Assembly (NCBI RefSeq): GCF_022045235.1
Contig: NW_027266267.1
Span: 35,154,001 to 35,218,000 of the forward strand
Direction: 5' to 3'
DNA: 64,000 nt
From: Haliotis cracherodii
Taxonomy: Eukaryota
The translations under genes were made by a program, and so were the position numbers. The notes under the pieces are model-generated. The model ran no database searches. It was not told the origin of the DNA and was given only the letters and a program-made list of their open reading frames with translations. Within the stretch, counting starts at the first letter, position 1. Each line of letters opens with the position of its first letter. Positions 1-13,900 of the stretch are shown piece after piece.

Positions 1-405
1 CCAGGAATGTTTCCTCGAATGTTGTAACCTTGATCAAACAGGTTTTTAGCAAGGCATGTATTACGCTCTTTTTGAAATCTTGATTAAAAGTGCATGCTCG
101 AATGTTCTTCTGAAGTTGTGAAACGTAGACAGCAATAGCTGTACCTACAGGAATACTGCTTGACATAAAGGGAAAGCTGACTGTTGGAAAGTTGAAGTCA
201 TTCCACTTGTCATGCAGTCTAGTGCTTAATCCCTTCTGAATCTTTGTGCATAGTTCTACATATGAAACAGACGAAGTGGTTTCATTTGTCTTCTTTATTT
301 CTAGTTCAGGTGGGTAAATCAATGGAAGGGAACTGTCTATTTGGTGGTTATTGAACGATTTCCGATACCTATGCCAACAATATACCTATGACGACTCATA
401 CGGGC
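1..405 (-). mobile_element. Penelope-like retroelement RT C-terminal fragment, degenerate
   Basis: Reverse translation includes IYPPELEIKKTNETTSSVSY and DFNFPTVSFPFMSSSIP..VYVSQL. Confidence 0.6.
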
Positions 406-409
406 ATTG

Positions 410-587
410 TGGTGAGGTGAGGTGAGGTGAGGTGAGGTGAGGTGAGGTGAGGTGAGGTGAGGTGAGGTGAGGTGAGGTGAGGTGAGGTGAGGTGAGGTGA
501 GATGAAGGGAAATCAGGTTTAACGTCGCGTCCAAGATTATTGCACTTACATAGCGACGCTCTACCACTAGACCACGGAGGCGGTCCC
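410..587 (-). mobile_element. Internally deleted tRNA-derived SINE with expanded (CTCAC)n tail
   Basis: Head GGGACCGCCTCCGTGGTCTAGTGGTAGAGCG; (GTGAG)n at 410-500 on the + strand; paralog at ~51106-51234. Confidence 0.6.
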
Positions 588-651
588 GGGCATTACGTGA
601 TCATGAAATTCAAAGGTCGTATACAGTGGAAATACTTGACACTCTACTCAC

Positions 652-3600
652 GTAACATAAAGTGGGTTTTCTGAGACCTCTGCACAACTGTCCGCATCGC
701 TGATAGCTGTGAACAGACATGACGACCAATACCTTTGTTCATTTATCATATTTCTGTTATTATTACTCTTGTGATATGTGTTGATGTATATTCAGATAAG
801 CTATTTTATTACAAGGAGGGATAAGGAAATGATTTGACAGATGAGAGCTGTATGTTATTACTTTTTATGAAACTGACATTTAATCTTTACATCTGAAATG
901 CTTTATAACGCTGTCACCAATGTTCCAGTTTCATCTTCAATCACTTAACATCAAATTAGAATCTGATACCAAATAATAGTAATATATTCTGACGGTCATC
1001 AAAGAGGTGTAGTTTACCTTCTGTGACGTTTCCCTTTCTTCTCGTCCTTACAACACATACACAGATAACGATTACAATGAGGATGAAGATTCCTCCACCT
1101 GTCCCAGCAGCGATATACATGGTGTCATCTGAAAGAGAAAAGAGATACTGGACAAGTAAGTATACTGTCCTTGAACTTGGCACATGGATAAGTCTATATA
1201 AGTCAAGTTATGAGTATAAGTACTGAATAATCTAAGACAACATATCTTTTACATAAAGAGAGTCCATGCTGTATACATACTCAGATAGAGATGGTGACGT
1301 CCGTCTATGAGGAGCAATGATACGAAGTTACTAGTATTTCATTGATAATGTTTCACCATATAATTTAGTTTGATTGGGAAGTTTTCGAAGCACAATAAAG
1401 ATCTAGCTACCAGGGGGCGGTTGGGTAGCTTAGTGGTTATAGTGTTCGCTCGTAACGCCGAAAACACGGGTTCGATTCCCGCCATCGGTACAATGTGTGA
1501 CAACGCGTAACCTGATAGATACGAGTAACCTTTCATACAGAACTGTACAAAACTAGGTTTTAGGCATACTAAGCAGAGATGGAGATTATATATGAGTACT
1601 ACATTCTTAAGTTTCTGTAAGAAAACCTATAATTGCAATCATGGCCAACTAACATTATAATTCAGCTGATCCAACTTTTCTTCAGTTACCCGATGAAGTT
1701 AATAAGCACGTCGTTAGCAATAGGTGTATGGTCCATGTTTTTTTCCGTGCCACTTATCGTGGCGTGACGACAATATTGCTTACTCTGTTATTCATAATCG
1801 TTCATTCATGTACAATGACAAAGCTAAGTCAATATACGAACTTTAATCAAATGCCGCACCGAAATAATGGGGTTGATCTATCACAATATCATGTGAAAAC
1901 TGTAATGTCTAGAGCTATCACAGTACTGTTTGTTTTAAATGCACATTCAGTGCACATTGTTGCTATGTCTTGCTATGTCCTGGGTCAGTATATGGTTTTG
2001 TTATATATTCATGAATGTTTCTAAATATCCTATATATCGTACCCAAAGGTTAGTATGACGACTAGTACACAACTACCTTGATTATCGTTACTCGGGGCGG
2101 TAGATATCTTGATAGTTGTAAGATTTGCCAATGTTGTCAGCTGTGAACTTGTTTTATAAGTAGCCCCGTTAAAGCCTGACGACATAAATAATATATACAA
2201 ATAATTATGAAATTGGCTCGCTCACCACAGAGGACATAAAATAACACACTTCTATGGTTTGAATAATCCGATAGACGAGCCATATCATGTTCAATTAATG
2301 TTTAGTGTGTTTAGGAACGCACGTTCGAACATTTTACATACAAAGTTACTAAATGTGTGGATAGCTGAAACATATATTAGGTTAATGACATACAGAGGAT
2401 TATTAAAACAGATAAAATGGCTTTCGCTGGCATCAGTGTGAATGACATCACTGGTATCAATACAATGTATCTCTAAATATATAATACATCGTTAGTTTAA
2501 CTGATACAAATCTACCATGAGTATCGCTGTCTGTGATGATCGTTGTTGCTGAATCAGTCAGTGGTGTAGTTGGCTTATCAGTAGTCCCAGGAATGACTGC
2601 ATACATAAATAATATATATTATTTATGACATTTACTAGCTTAATATCGATACACATGAACAAGCGATTTTATATTGACCGCCTCCATGGTGAACTGGTTA
2701 GAGCGTTTGTCCTGAGAGGGGAAGATCCGTGGCTTTGACACCAGGCCAGGTCATACGACAAGGCATAGTATTCTCCTTCGGGAAAAACACGGTTTGGTCT
2801 GTTCGGAGTTAGTCTACTGTTTCTGAATGGGGAATGCATTTAAACTGCGCCACGCTGTCTGAGGTATCACTATGAAACAGGCATGTGTCCTGACNNNNNN
2901 NNNNNNNNNNNNNNNNNNNNNNNNNNNNNNNNNNNNNNNNNNNNNNNNNNNNNNNNNNNNNNNNNNNNNNNNNNNNNNNNNNNNNNNNNNNNNNNNNNNN
3001 NNNNNNNNNNNNNNNNNNNNNNNNNNNNNNNNNNNNNNNNNNNNNNNNNNNNNNNNNNNNNNNNNNNNNNNNNNNNNNNNNNNNNNNNNNNNNNNNNNNN
3101 NNNNNNNNNNNNNNNNNNNNNNNNNNNNNNNCTATATAAGTGGAGAAATGATGGACGCGACGTAACAATTTCACCTCACTCTCCGATAGTGCTAATACCG
3201 TATGTATCTATTGGTGACCGATTTATACAGTTCTTAATTTGTAGATGGCGTGTTCATAGTTCTTAAACATGTACGTATGGTTCCCAGGTATATATTTCAT
3301 GAATCAGCTACATCTGCATCCGTTCTTGCACAATCTGTCATAACATGATGTTATGAGATCAGAAAGGACACGTTGATGTAATCAAAGGAGTATGAGCGCA
3401 TAACAAAAAAGATCATACCCAACGTAAGGTTGTCACTGACTCTATTGCATTGATCCTCACACCGCCACACTGCCCCAGCTTTGATGTATTGAGTTGTAGT
3501 TAGTGTCATGTTGTGCTGGTTGTCACCACAGCTTACAATGCCATCATTTGATGTGAATAGGTCGTAACGATATGCAGTATCATTATTGGGTGGGTTTCTG

Positions 3601-4095
3601 TTACAACCATGATCATGACCTACAAACACTGACGTGAGAACTCGCACCTCATCCATATACCAATATCTGAAGGACGTGTTGATAGTGGTGTTGATGGCAC
3701 TGCAGACTAAGGTGATATTACCTCCTGACTGGAACTGAGTGAGTTCCAGAGGGAGACCACCTGCAACATTCCAAGATACAACCAGCATGAGAAGCAATCA
3801 CAACACAAACATGCAGTGGCATTCTTCGTCGTCCTTCATGTACTTACAATACCAAAATAACTGTAACATGCAAACACGAAACAGATAGGATATAAAGTGG
3901 TACAATCACTATTAAATTACACTTACGACATCCTGATGGTTCCATCCTTCGGGTGATTAGGAATTCAAACCTACTGTTATTTGTGTACGAAAACCATCCT
4001 ATACACAGCATGATTAGAAATTCAAACCTACTGTTATTTGTGTACGTAAACCATCCTATACACAGCAGAGTAATCAGGCGAATCCTTGTGTCCAT
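652..4095 (-). CDS. Ig-like single-pass receptor, copy A (tail type II; 3' end runs off the window)
   Basis: GT/AG exons in phase: leader 4095-4032 (MDTRIRLITLLCIGWFTYTNN), Ig 3760-3419 (LVC..YWY..GC..SC..WRC), stalk1 2596-2516 (VIPGTTDKPTTPLTDS..), stalk2 2175-2077, TM 1128-1018 (IAAGTGGGIFILIVIVICVCVV-RTRRK), cytoplasmic 706-652 (AISDADSCAEVSENPLYV). Joined frame is open. Confidence 0.8.
1413..1500 (+). mobile_element. SINE family 1, 5' half
   Basis: A box TAGCTTAGTGG and B box GGTTCGATTCC; 3' part deleted relative to 19710-19878. Confidence 0.75.
2676..3180 (+). mobile_element. Old tRNA-derived SINE in the Ig-stalk1 intron, present in all six copies
   Basis: Degenerate tRNA-like head, CA-rich middle, ggacgcgacgtaac end; paralogs at ~9192, ~14308, ~21151, ~37142 and ~53723. 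Confidence 0.55.
2895..3131. other. Assembly gap
   Basis: N run. Confidence 0.99.
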
Positions 4096-6289
4096 GTTTC
4101 TCCTTAATCAAACTTCCTCTCGTCAATATTCGGTTGAAATAAGTTACTACACATGAAATACACACAGAGCAACATGCAGCATTCTTCGTGAACAAACATT
4201 AGAGCTCCGCTATCTGTGAAATACATCCTTATGAAGGAGGAAATATTCCTACAATCAGCATTCGCTCACCTGCAGCTGTTTGTCCTGGTTTAGGTACTGA
4301 TAAATACATACCTTTAGATATTTTACACAAAGTACAACTTGCATTACTGCCAGTTTGCGGTCGCGCACAGTTGTCGGTACATATACCAAAGGGATAATGT
4401 TTCATTGTCTATCCTGGCGTATTTGGATCATGTAATCACTTTGTTGGTGGGGGGTTTACATTCTTCGTGTGATGTTAATGAGAACATACTAGACACTGTC
4501 AATTCATGAATACGTTTTAAGCTGTTTCTCTTTGCAGCATATCCGGGCCACGTAGATGTTAATTTTCATTTTGCCGAGGCTTTGCATAAGCGTTGTTATA
4601 AGAATAGAGGTTTTTTTTCTGAGCACCTGAAAGATAAACAATCATTTGGGATGTTCACATTGAAATAACCACGTGTGTGATAATCATATTCCATGCTAGC
4701 ATGCAAGCATCCAAATTGTCTGCCCCGGATTAAACATGCACGTCCAAACTGTGAATCACGACCTTAAAGTCAAGGATGTCTCCATGCATATGCACTGTAA
4801 GATGTATTATTAGTTTTTTTTAAATTCAATACTTTTCTTTTTATTAAAATTTATTAACCACAGTTATATATGCATATTTCCTTATCTAGAATAGTCATAC
4901 AATATCATTGTCCCCGTCGTAAGTGCGCTGAGTCATTTTGCACCAATTTTCCAGGTCTGCACCTTGTGTTGTAATCAAAAATGCATCTTACCAAAAAACT
5001 GTCCCATTGTCGATACTCGCTTACACATTCTGGTGGGTAGGAGTTACATAAACACAATATAAATATAACTTTAATGTGTGTTTTTTTTCAGGTCGTAGTA
5101 TATATCATGTTGTGGTGAAAGTAGTAATCTAGTTGTATTATACTGCAATGCTTGATGGAACATGCATGAGACACGAATTAATTGAAAACAAAGCCAGTAA
5201 TCTGTCAGCCTATCAAGCCTTTATTTCTACAGGAAGAGGACAATAAACATTGAATAGATACTCAAATAAAGCCGAACGAGTACCTCACACAATGTAATAG
5301 ATAATGTGAATTCAGGACATTCAACTATTGAGTTTCAGTCATTCACGCTTTCCTGTTAGAGATTCAGTGAACATGATATTTACACAACATATTACGTGGA
5401 TACCCTTTGCGTAACTAATGATTCCAAAGGGACAAGTAACAGATATATTTGAAGTGACACAAACACGAAATATACATTACAGATGCTAGTAATCCCCAGC
5501 TAAAATAATCACATATGCATGCTATATACAGGTCCTAACAACTGTTCAGATGATAAGATGAAAATAGGTTATGACACAATTTAAAACGTCAACACCATGG
5601 AACTAGTGTCGAATATCTGCCGAAAGGCAAAATAATGATGACAACCGCATGAATGCATCACTGAAAATCAGTTGTGACACCAGGTTTTACGAAAAAGGGT
5701 AAGCTTGTCTTGTCTTTTACAGCGGTACCTCCTATGCACAATTTTCATAAAACATGGTGTTTGTTTTTGCAACACCCAGCAATAATCCTGCTATACGACG
5801 ATACATCAGTAGTGACAAAATGTTTTTATTATACCAATGGCGTAATGTCATTATGATAATAGCTTAACATATTGGCCGAAAATGACACAAACACTGGAGG
5901 ATGTATATATATTTGCTGGTCTGACAACTTGAAACAGTGGTTTTCACACTACTATGTTCTCATTGGTGGATTTTCGTAGTCAGCATTCTCGGTCACAGTG
6001 TTGTAGTAAACATCGTTGGCATTTATGCTGGACTGTCTGGAGGCTTCCTTCTTGATCTCGGAGTAACAGGGATCTGTATTGCCATCGTGAGCCAAAGTGT
6101 CGTATTGAGGTGCGTCAACCTCAGCCAGTGATACATCTGTACAAACACAGATACAAATAAGGAGTGTTGTAGACACGAGTCATGTTTTACGTTACACACT
6201 GACACAAGATGCTTCACAACAGTTTATTTGTGATACAAAGCTCCACAGCATTAATATTGTTTATTATTTGTATGGAGATGATCTGTCAT

Positions 6290-7015
6290 AACCAGCTGTC
6301 AGCCAATGTTTGGCTGCCCTACTTGAGGTCAGTATGTTAATTGAGGATGAAATCTCCCGAATCAAAGAATCAGTAACATCAACTTTTGACTTGGCTGTAA
6401 AACCTGAAGACATATCCATTCCTCTTTCTTATTGTCACAGAAAATATTTGAGACAAATGGAATTATTACCATGTAGATTCTCCAAAAAATAAATGATTTG
6501 CTTGACTTTGTTACAAACTCTGAAAAGAACCAACTTCAATTATGTCAAAACATTTGACTTTTCAACTTTGTACACCACAATACCATATGGGAAACTTGAA
6601 GGAAAACTTAATGCCTTGAATCATGGGGCTTGTTTAAAAACATGGTGACCATATATAGCGTTACTTATTTATCATCAGATCTAGAGGTTCAGGTCAGTTT
6701 GTCAAACATGGAAGCAAATGCCCAAAAAAGGGATGACTTCAACTTTGCAGTGCTCAACGTTCACTTTGTTTAGAACAGTGTTCCATCAGCAAGAGCCCTT
6801 GGTGTTTTTCATTTCACAACTTTTGAGGTATTGTGCTCTTTCTACCAAGATCTCAAAGAGCGTCACACAACTCTTGCTCCGAAACTGATTGATCAGGATC
6901 ACAGCATTTAAGGCACCAGTAAAGCTTTCACAAAGATTGATTGTAGACATGTGGTGGAGATGTGGAATCACTATATGTCGACAGTATTTTGACACATGTA
7001 TTAAAATCCATTCTT
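6290..7015 (+). mobile_element. Penelope-like RT fragment, internally deleted
   Basis: VKTFDFSTLYTTIP and RDDFNF segments; paralog of 17600-18855. Confidence 0.6.
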
Positions 7016-7133
7016 TAAATCAGTAACGGCAAACGGTACAAGTACGACCTACAAATCACATGATATTAAATCAGTTTCTGAATACAAATAATTGTAAAAT
7101 ATTGCTACCCTCCTTACAAGAGGTGTAGATTAC

Positions 7134-7241
7134 CTTGCTTGACTTTTCAATTTCGTCTCCTGTAAACACCTACACAGATAACGATTACGATGAGGATCAT
7201 GATGCCAAACCCTGTCCCAGCAGCGATGTACATGGTGTCAT
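7134..7241 (-). other. Duplicate TM exon (TM2) of copy B with early stop
   Basis: DDTMYIAAGTGFGIMILIVIVICVGVYRRRN*; AAG acceptor and GT donor retained. Confidence 0.7.
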
Positions 7242-10200
7242 CTTGAACATGAAACTTATACTGGGCTACTGGGTGTCTGGTCCATGCTTAATGGTGTTGA
7301 TCTTTTAAAACTATAATGTGAAAAGCGGATTATCTAGAAATATAGCCTGAATGCTTTATAACGCTGTCATGAATGTTCTGGTTTGATCTTCAAATCACTT
7401 AATATCAAATTAGAATCTGATACCAAATAGTTCAAATTTGTTCTGACCGTCATCAAAGAGGTGTAGTTTACCTTGCTTGACGTTTCCCTTTCTTCTCGTC
7501 CTTACAACACATACACAGATAACGATTATAATGAGGATGAAGATTCCTCCACCTGTCCCAGCAGCAATATCTTGAAGAGAATAGAAATACTGGACTAGTA
7601 AGTATACTGTCCTTGAACTTGGCACATGGATAAGTCTATATAAGTACATTTATGTGTTCGTATATATAAGCAATGAGTATAAGTGCTGAATGATATAAGA
7701 CAACATAACTTTTACATAAAGAGAGTCCATGCTGTATACACGCAGATAGAGTTGGTGACCTCGATCTATGAGGAGCAATGATACGAAGTTACTAGTATTT
7801 ACTTGTTTCACAACATAATTTAGTTTGATTGGGACGTTTTTGAAAGGGAAATGTGATATATATAAAGCACAGTAAAGTTCTAGTTCCCAGGCACAATATA
7901 GTAAAATTAGAATAAGTGGAGTAAGATTAAACACAGTTTGAATTGGCTAACTCTTTCAACTCGTACCACGTATGAGTCTCATGAGGCCATAACTGAATAA
8001 CGAACATGAAGTTATGTAACGCGTAACCGGAGAGATACGAGTAACCTTTTATGCAGGACTGTACACAACTAGGTTTTAGGTATACAAGGCAGAGATGGAG
8101 ATTATATATGAGTACTACATTCTTAAGTTTCTGAATATCAGTAACCTTTAATTGCCGTCATGGCCAAATGACATTAGAATTCAGCTGATCCAACTTTTCT
8201 TCGGGTATCCGATGATGTTAATAAGCACGTCGTTAGTAATGGGTGTATGGTCCATGTTTTTTTCCATGCCGCTTATCGTGGCGTGACGACAATATTGCTT
8301 ACTCTGTTATTTATAATAGTTCATTCGTTTACAATGACAAAGCTAAGTCAATATAAGAAGTTTAATAAAATGCCGCACCGAAATAATGGGGTTGATCTAT
8401 CACAATAGCATGTGAAAACCGTAATGTCTAGAGAGCTATCACAGTACTGTCTGTTCAAATGCCACTCAGTGCACATTGTTGGTATGTCTTGGATCCTGGG
8501 TCAGTATATGGTTTTGTTATATATTCATGAATGTTTCTAAATATCCTATATATCGTACCCAAAGGTTAGTATGACGACTAGTACACAACTACCTTGATTA
8601 TCGTTACTCGGGGCAGTAGATATCTTGATAGTTGTAAGATTTGCCAATGTTGTCAGCTGTGAACTTGTTTTATAAGTAGCCCCGTTAAAGCCTGACGACA
8701 TAAATAATATATACAAATAATTATGAAATTGGCTCGCTCACCACAGAGGACATAAAATAACACACTTCTATGGTTTGAATAATCCGATAGACGAGCCATA
8801 TCATGTTCAATTAATGTTTAGTGTGTCTAGGAACGCACGTTCGAACATTTTACATACAAAGTTACTAAATGTGTGGATAGCTGATACATATATTAGTTCA
8901 AATAAATGCATTGAATTATTAAAACAGATAAAATGGCTTTCGCCGGCATAAGTGTAAATGACACAACTTGTATCCATACAATGTTTCTCTAAATATATAA
9001 TACATCGTTAGTTTAACTGATACAAATCTACCATGAGTATTGCTGTCTGTGGGGATCGTTGTTGCTGAATCAGTCAGTGATGTAGTTGACTTATCAGTAG
9101 TCCCTGGAATGGCTGCATACATAAATAATATATATTATTTGTGACATTTATTAGCTTAATATCGATACACATTAACAAACGATTTCATATTGACCGCCTC
9201 CATGGTCAACTGGTTAGAGCGTTTGTCCAGAGATGGGAAGATCCGTGGGTTTGACACCAGGTCAGGTCATACGAAAAGTCGTAGTTTTCACCCTGTCCGG
9301 TATCAAGGGGAAAACACGTGGTGTTGTCTGTTTGGAGTAAGTCTACTGTGTCTGAATGAGGCATGCATGTTAAACTGCGCCACGGTATCTGAGTGGGCAG
9401 ACACTATGAAACGGGAATTGTATACGGAATAATACAAGCAACCACACACAAACACACACGCACTCAATCACTACACACATACACACACAAACACGTGCAT
9501 GTACGTCGCTATATAAGGCGAGTAATCATGGACGCGACGTAACAAATTTCACCTCTCTTCCGATAGTGTTAACACCGGTTGTATCTCTGGGTGACCGTTT
9601 TATAAAGTGCCTCATCTGTAGATGTCGTGTTCATAGTTCTTGAACATTTACGTATGGTTCTCAGGTATATATTTCATGAATCAGTTACATCTGCATTCGT
9701 TCTGGCACAATATGTCATAGCATGATGTATGGGATCAGAAAGGACACGTTGATGTAAATAAAGGAGTATGAGCGCATGACAAAAAGATCATACCCAACGT
9801 AATGTTGTTACTGACTCTATTGCGTTCATCCTCACACCGCCACACAGTCCCAGCTTTGATGTATTGAGTTGTAGTTAGTGTCATGTTGTGCTGGTGGTCA
9901 CCACAGCTTACACCGACATCATTTGATGTGAATAGGTCGTAACGATATGCAGAAGTATCGTCTGTACCATTGGGTGGGTTTCTGGTACAACCAGTAACTG
10001 CAAACACTGACGTGAGAACTCGCACCTCATCTAAATACCAATATGTGAAGGAACTGGTTTTTTTCCAGGTCGGAGTATATATCATGTTGTGGTGAAAGTA
10101 GTAATCTAGTTGTATTATACTGCAATGCTTAATGGAACATGCACGAGACACGAATTAATTGAAAACAAAGCCAGTAATCTGTCAGCCTATCAAGCCTTTA

Positions 10201-10984
10201 TTTTTACAGGAAGAGGACAATAAACATTGAATAGAAACTCCAATAAATCCGAACCAGTACGTCACACAAGCATTTTCCAGAAAAGTGACCAGTATAATAG
10301 ATAATGTGAATTCAGGACATTCAATCATTGACTCTTCAGTCATTCACGCTTTCCTGTTAGAGATTCAGTGAACATGATATTTACACGACATACATATTAC
10401 GTGGATTCCGTTTGCGTAACTAATGATTCCAAAGGGACAAGTTACAGACATATTTGAAGTGACACAAACACGAAACATACAATACAGATGCTAGTAATCC
10501 CCAGCTAAAATAATCATATATGTATGCTATATACAGGTCCTAACAACTGTTCAGATGTTTAGGTGGAAATAGGTAATGAGACAATATAAAACGTCAACAC
10601 CATGGAACTAGTGTCGAATATCTGCCGAAAGGCAAAATAATTATGACAACCGGATGAGTGCATTACTGAAAATCAGTTGTGACACCAGGTTTTACGAAAA
10701 AGGGTAAGCATGTCTTGCCTGTTCCAGCAGTACCTCCTATGCACAATTTTCTTTAAAAAATATGTGTTTGTTTTTTGCAACACCCAGCAATAATTCTGCT
10801 ATATGAGAATACATCAGTATTGACAAAATGTTTTTTCGCAAAGATTTGCCTTCATACCTATTATACCAATTTGCGTAATGTCATTATGATAATAGCTTAA
10901 CATACTGGCCGAAAATGCCACAAACACTGGAGGATGTATATGTTTTTGCTGGTCTGACAACTTGAAACAGTGGTTTTCACACTA

Positions 10985-13900
10985 CTATGTTCTCATTGGT
11001 GGATTTTCGTAGTCAGCATTCTCGGTCACAGTGTTGTAGTAAACATCGTTTGCATTTATGCTGGACTGTCTGGAGGCTTCCTTCTTGATCTCGGAGTAAC
11101 AGGGATCTGTACTGCCATCGTTAGCCAAAGTGTCGTATTGAGGTGCGTCAACCTCAGCCAGTGATACATCTGTACAAACACAGATATAAATAAGGAGTGT
11201 TGTAGACACGAGTCATGTTTTACGTTACACACTGACACAAGATGCTTCACAACAGTTTATTTGTGATACAAAGCTCCTCAGCATTAATATTGTTTATTAT
11301 TTGTATGGAGATGATCTGTCATAACCAACTGTCAGCCAATGATTGGCTGCCCTACTTGAGGTCAGTATGTTAATTGAGGATGAAATCTCTCGCATCAAAG
11401 AATCAGTAACATCAACTTTTGACTTGGCTGTAAAACCTGAAGACATATCCATTTCTCTTTCTTATTTTCACAGAAAATATTTGAGACAAATAGAATTATT
11501 ACCATGTAGATTCTCCAAAAAATAAATGATTTGCTTGACTTTGTTAGAAACTCTGAAAAGAACCAACTTCAATTATGTCAAAACATTTGACTTTTCAACT
11601 TTGTACACCACAATACCATATGGGAAACTTGAAGGAAAACTTAATGCCTTGAATCATGGGGCTTGTTTAAAAACATGGTGACCATATATAGCGTTACTTA
11701 TTTATCATCAGAGGTTCAGGTCAATTTGTCAAACATGGAAGCAAATGCCCAAAATAGGGATGACTTCAACTTTGCAGTGCTCAACGTTCACTTTGTGTGG
11801 AGCAGTGTTCTATCAGCAAGAGCCCTTGGTGTCTTCATTTCACAATTTTTGAGGTATTGTGCTCTTTCTACCAAGATCTCAAAGAGCGTCACACAACTCT
11901 TGCTCCGAAGCTGATTGATCAGGATCACAGCATTTAAGGCACCAGTAAAGCTTTCACAAAGATTGATTGTAGACATGTGGTGGAGATGTGGAATCACTAT
12001 ATGTTGACAGTATTTTGACACATGTATTAAAATCCATTCTTTAAATCAGTAACGGTAAACGGTACAAGTACAACCTACAAATCACATGATATTAAATCAG
12101 TTTCTGAATACAAATAATTGTAAAATATTGCTACCCTCCTTACAAGAGATGTAGATTACCTTGCTTGACTTTTCAATTTCGTCTCCTCTAAACACCTAAA
12201 CTGGTGACCCCCGCCGTGATATTGCTGGAATATTGCTAAAAGCGGCGTAAAACCATACTCACTCACTCACTCACTCACTAAACACCTAAACAGATAACGA
12301 TTACGATGAGGATCATGATGCCAAACCCTGTCCCAGCAGCGATGTACATGGTGTCATCTTGAACATGAAACTTATACTGGGCTAGTGGGTGTCTGGTCCA
12401 TGCTTAATGGTGTTGATCTTTTAAAACTATAATGTGAAAAGCGGATTATCTAGAAATATAGCCTGAATGCTTTATAACGCTGTCATGAATGTTCTGGTTT
12501 GATCTTCAAATCACTTAATATCAAATTAGAATCTGATACCAAATAGTTCAAATTTGTTCTGACCGTCATCAAAGAGGTGTAGTTTACCTTGCTTGACGTT
12601 TCCCTTTCTTCTCGTCCTTACAACACATACACAGATAACGATTATAATGAGGATGAAGATTCCTCCACCTGTCCCAGCAGCAATATCTTGAAGAGAATAG
12701 AAATACTGGACTAGTAAGTATACTGTCCTTGAACTTGGCACATGGATAAGTCTATATAAGTACATTTATGTGTTCGTATATATAAGCAATGAGTATAAGT
12801 GCTGAATGATATAAGACAACATAACTTTTACATAAAGAGAGTCCATGCTGTATACACGCAGATAGAGTTGGTGACCTCGATCTATGAGGAGCAATGATAC
12901 GAAGTTACTAGTATTTACTTGTTTCACAACATAATTTAGTTTGATTGGGACGTTTTTGAAAGGGAAATGTGATATATATAAAGCACAGTAAAGTTCTAGT
13001 TCCCAGGCACAATATAGTAAAATTAGAATAAGTGGAGTAAGATTAAACACAGTTTGAATTGGCTAACGCTTTCAACTCGTACCACGTATGAGTCTCATGA
13101 GGCCATAACTGAATAACGAACATGAAGTTATGTAACGCGTAACCTGATAGATACGAGTAACCTTTTATGCAGGACTGTACAAAACTAGGTTTTAGGCATA
13201 CAAGGCAGAGATGGAGATTATATATGAGTACTACATTCTTAAGTTTCTGAATATCAGTAACCTTTAATTGCCAGCATGGCCAAATAACATTAGAATTCAG
13301 CTGATCCAACTTTTCTTCGGGTATCCGATGATGTTAATAAGCACGTCGTTAGTAATGGGTGTATGGTCCATGTTTTTTTCCGTGCCGCTTATCGTGGCGT
13401 GACGACAATATTGCTTACTCTGTTATTTATAATAGTTCATTCGTTTACAATGACAAAGCTAAGTCAATATAAGAAGTTTAATAAAATGCCGCACCGAAAT
13501 AATGGGGTTGATCTATCACAATAGCATGTGAAAACCGTAATGTCTAGAGAGCTATCACAGTACTGTCTGTTCAAATGCCACTCAGTGCACATTGTTGGTA
13601 TGTCTTGGATCCTGGGTCAGTATATGGTTTTGTTATATATTCATGAATGTTTCTAAATATCCTATATATCGTACCCAAAGGTTAGTATGACGACTAGTAC
13701 ACAACTACCTTGATTATCGTTACTCGGGGCGGTAGATATCTTGATAGTTGTAAGATTTGCCAATGTTGTCAGCTGTGAACTTGTTTTATAAGTAGCCCCG
13801 TTAAAGCCTGACGACATAAATAATATATACAAATAATTATGAAATTGGCTCGCTCACCACAGAGGACATAAAATAACACACTTCTATAGTTTGAATAATC

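Larger units (their letters stand above)
5952..10056 (-). pseudogene. Ig-like receptor copy B, 5'-truncated (no leader or first Ig Cys); tail type I
   Basis: Ig remnant ~10056-9794 abuts spacer sequence. Stalk1 9112-9032, stalk2 8691-8593, TM 7570-7472 and tail 6136-5952 (YDTL, YSEI, VYYNTV, YENP) are intact. Nearly identical to copy C. Confidence 0.7.

Noticed and set aside
337-567. ORF with SPHLT repeats
   Set aside because: Translation of the (CTCAC)n SINE tail.
1728-2441. Recurrent plus-strand short ORFs (MVHVFFRA.., MNNPIDEP..)
   Set aside because: Intronic antisense frames that recur only through duplication; stops differ between copies.
2809-3266. ORFs spanning N runs (also ~22800-23090 and ~31200-31560)
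   Set aside because: Artefacts of assembly gaps.
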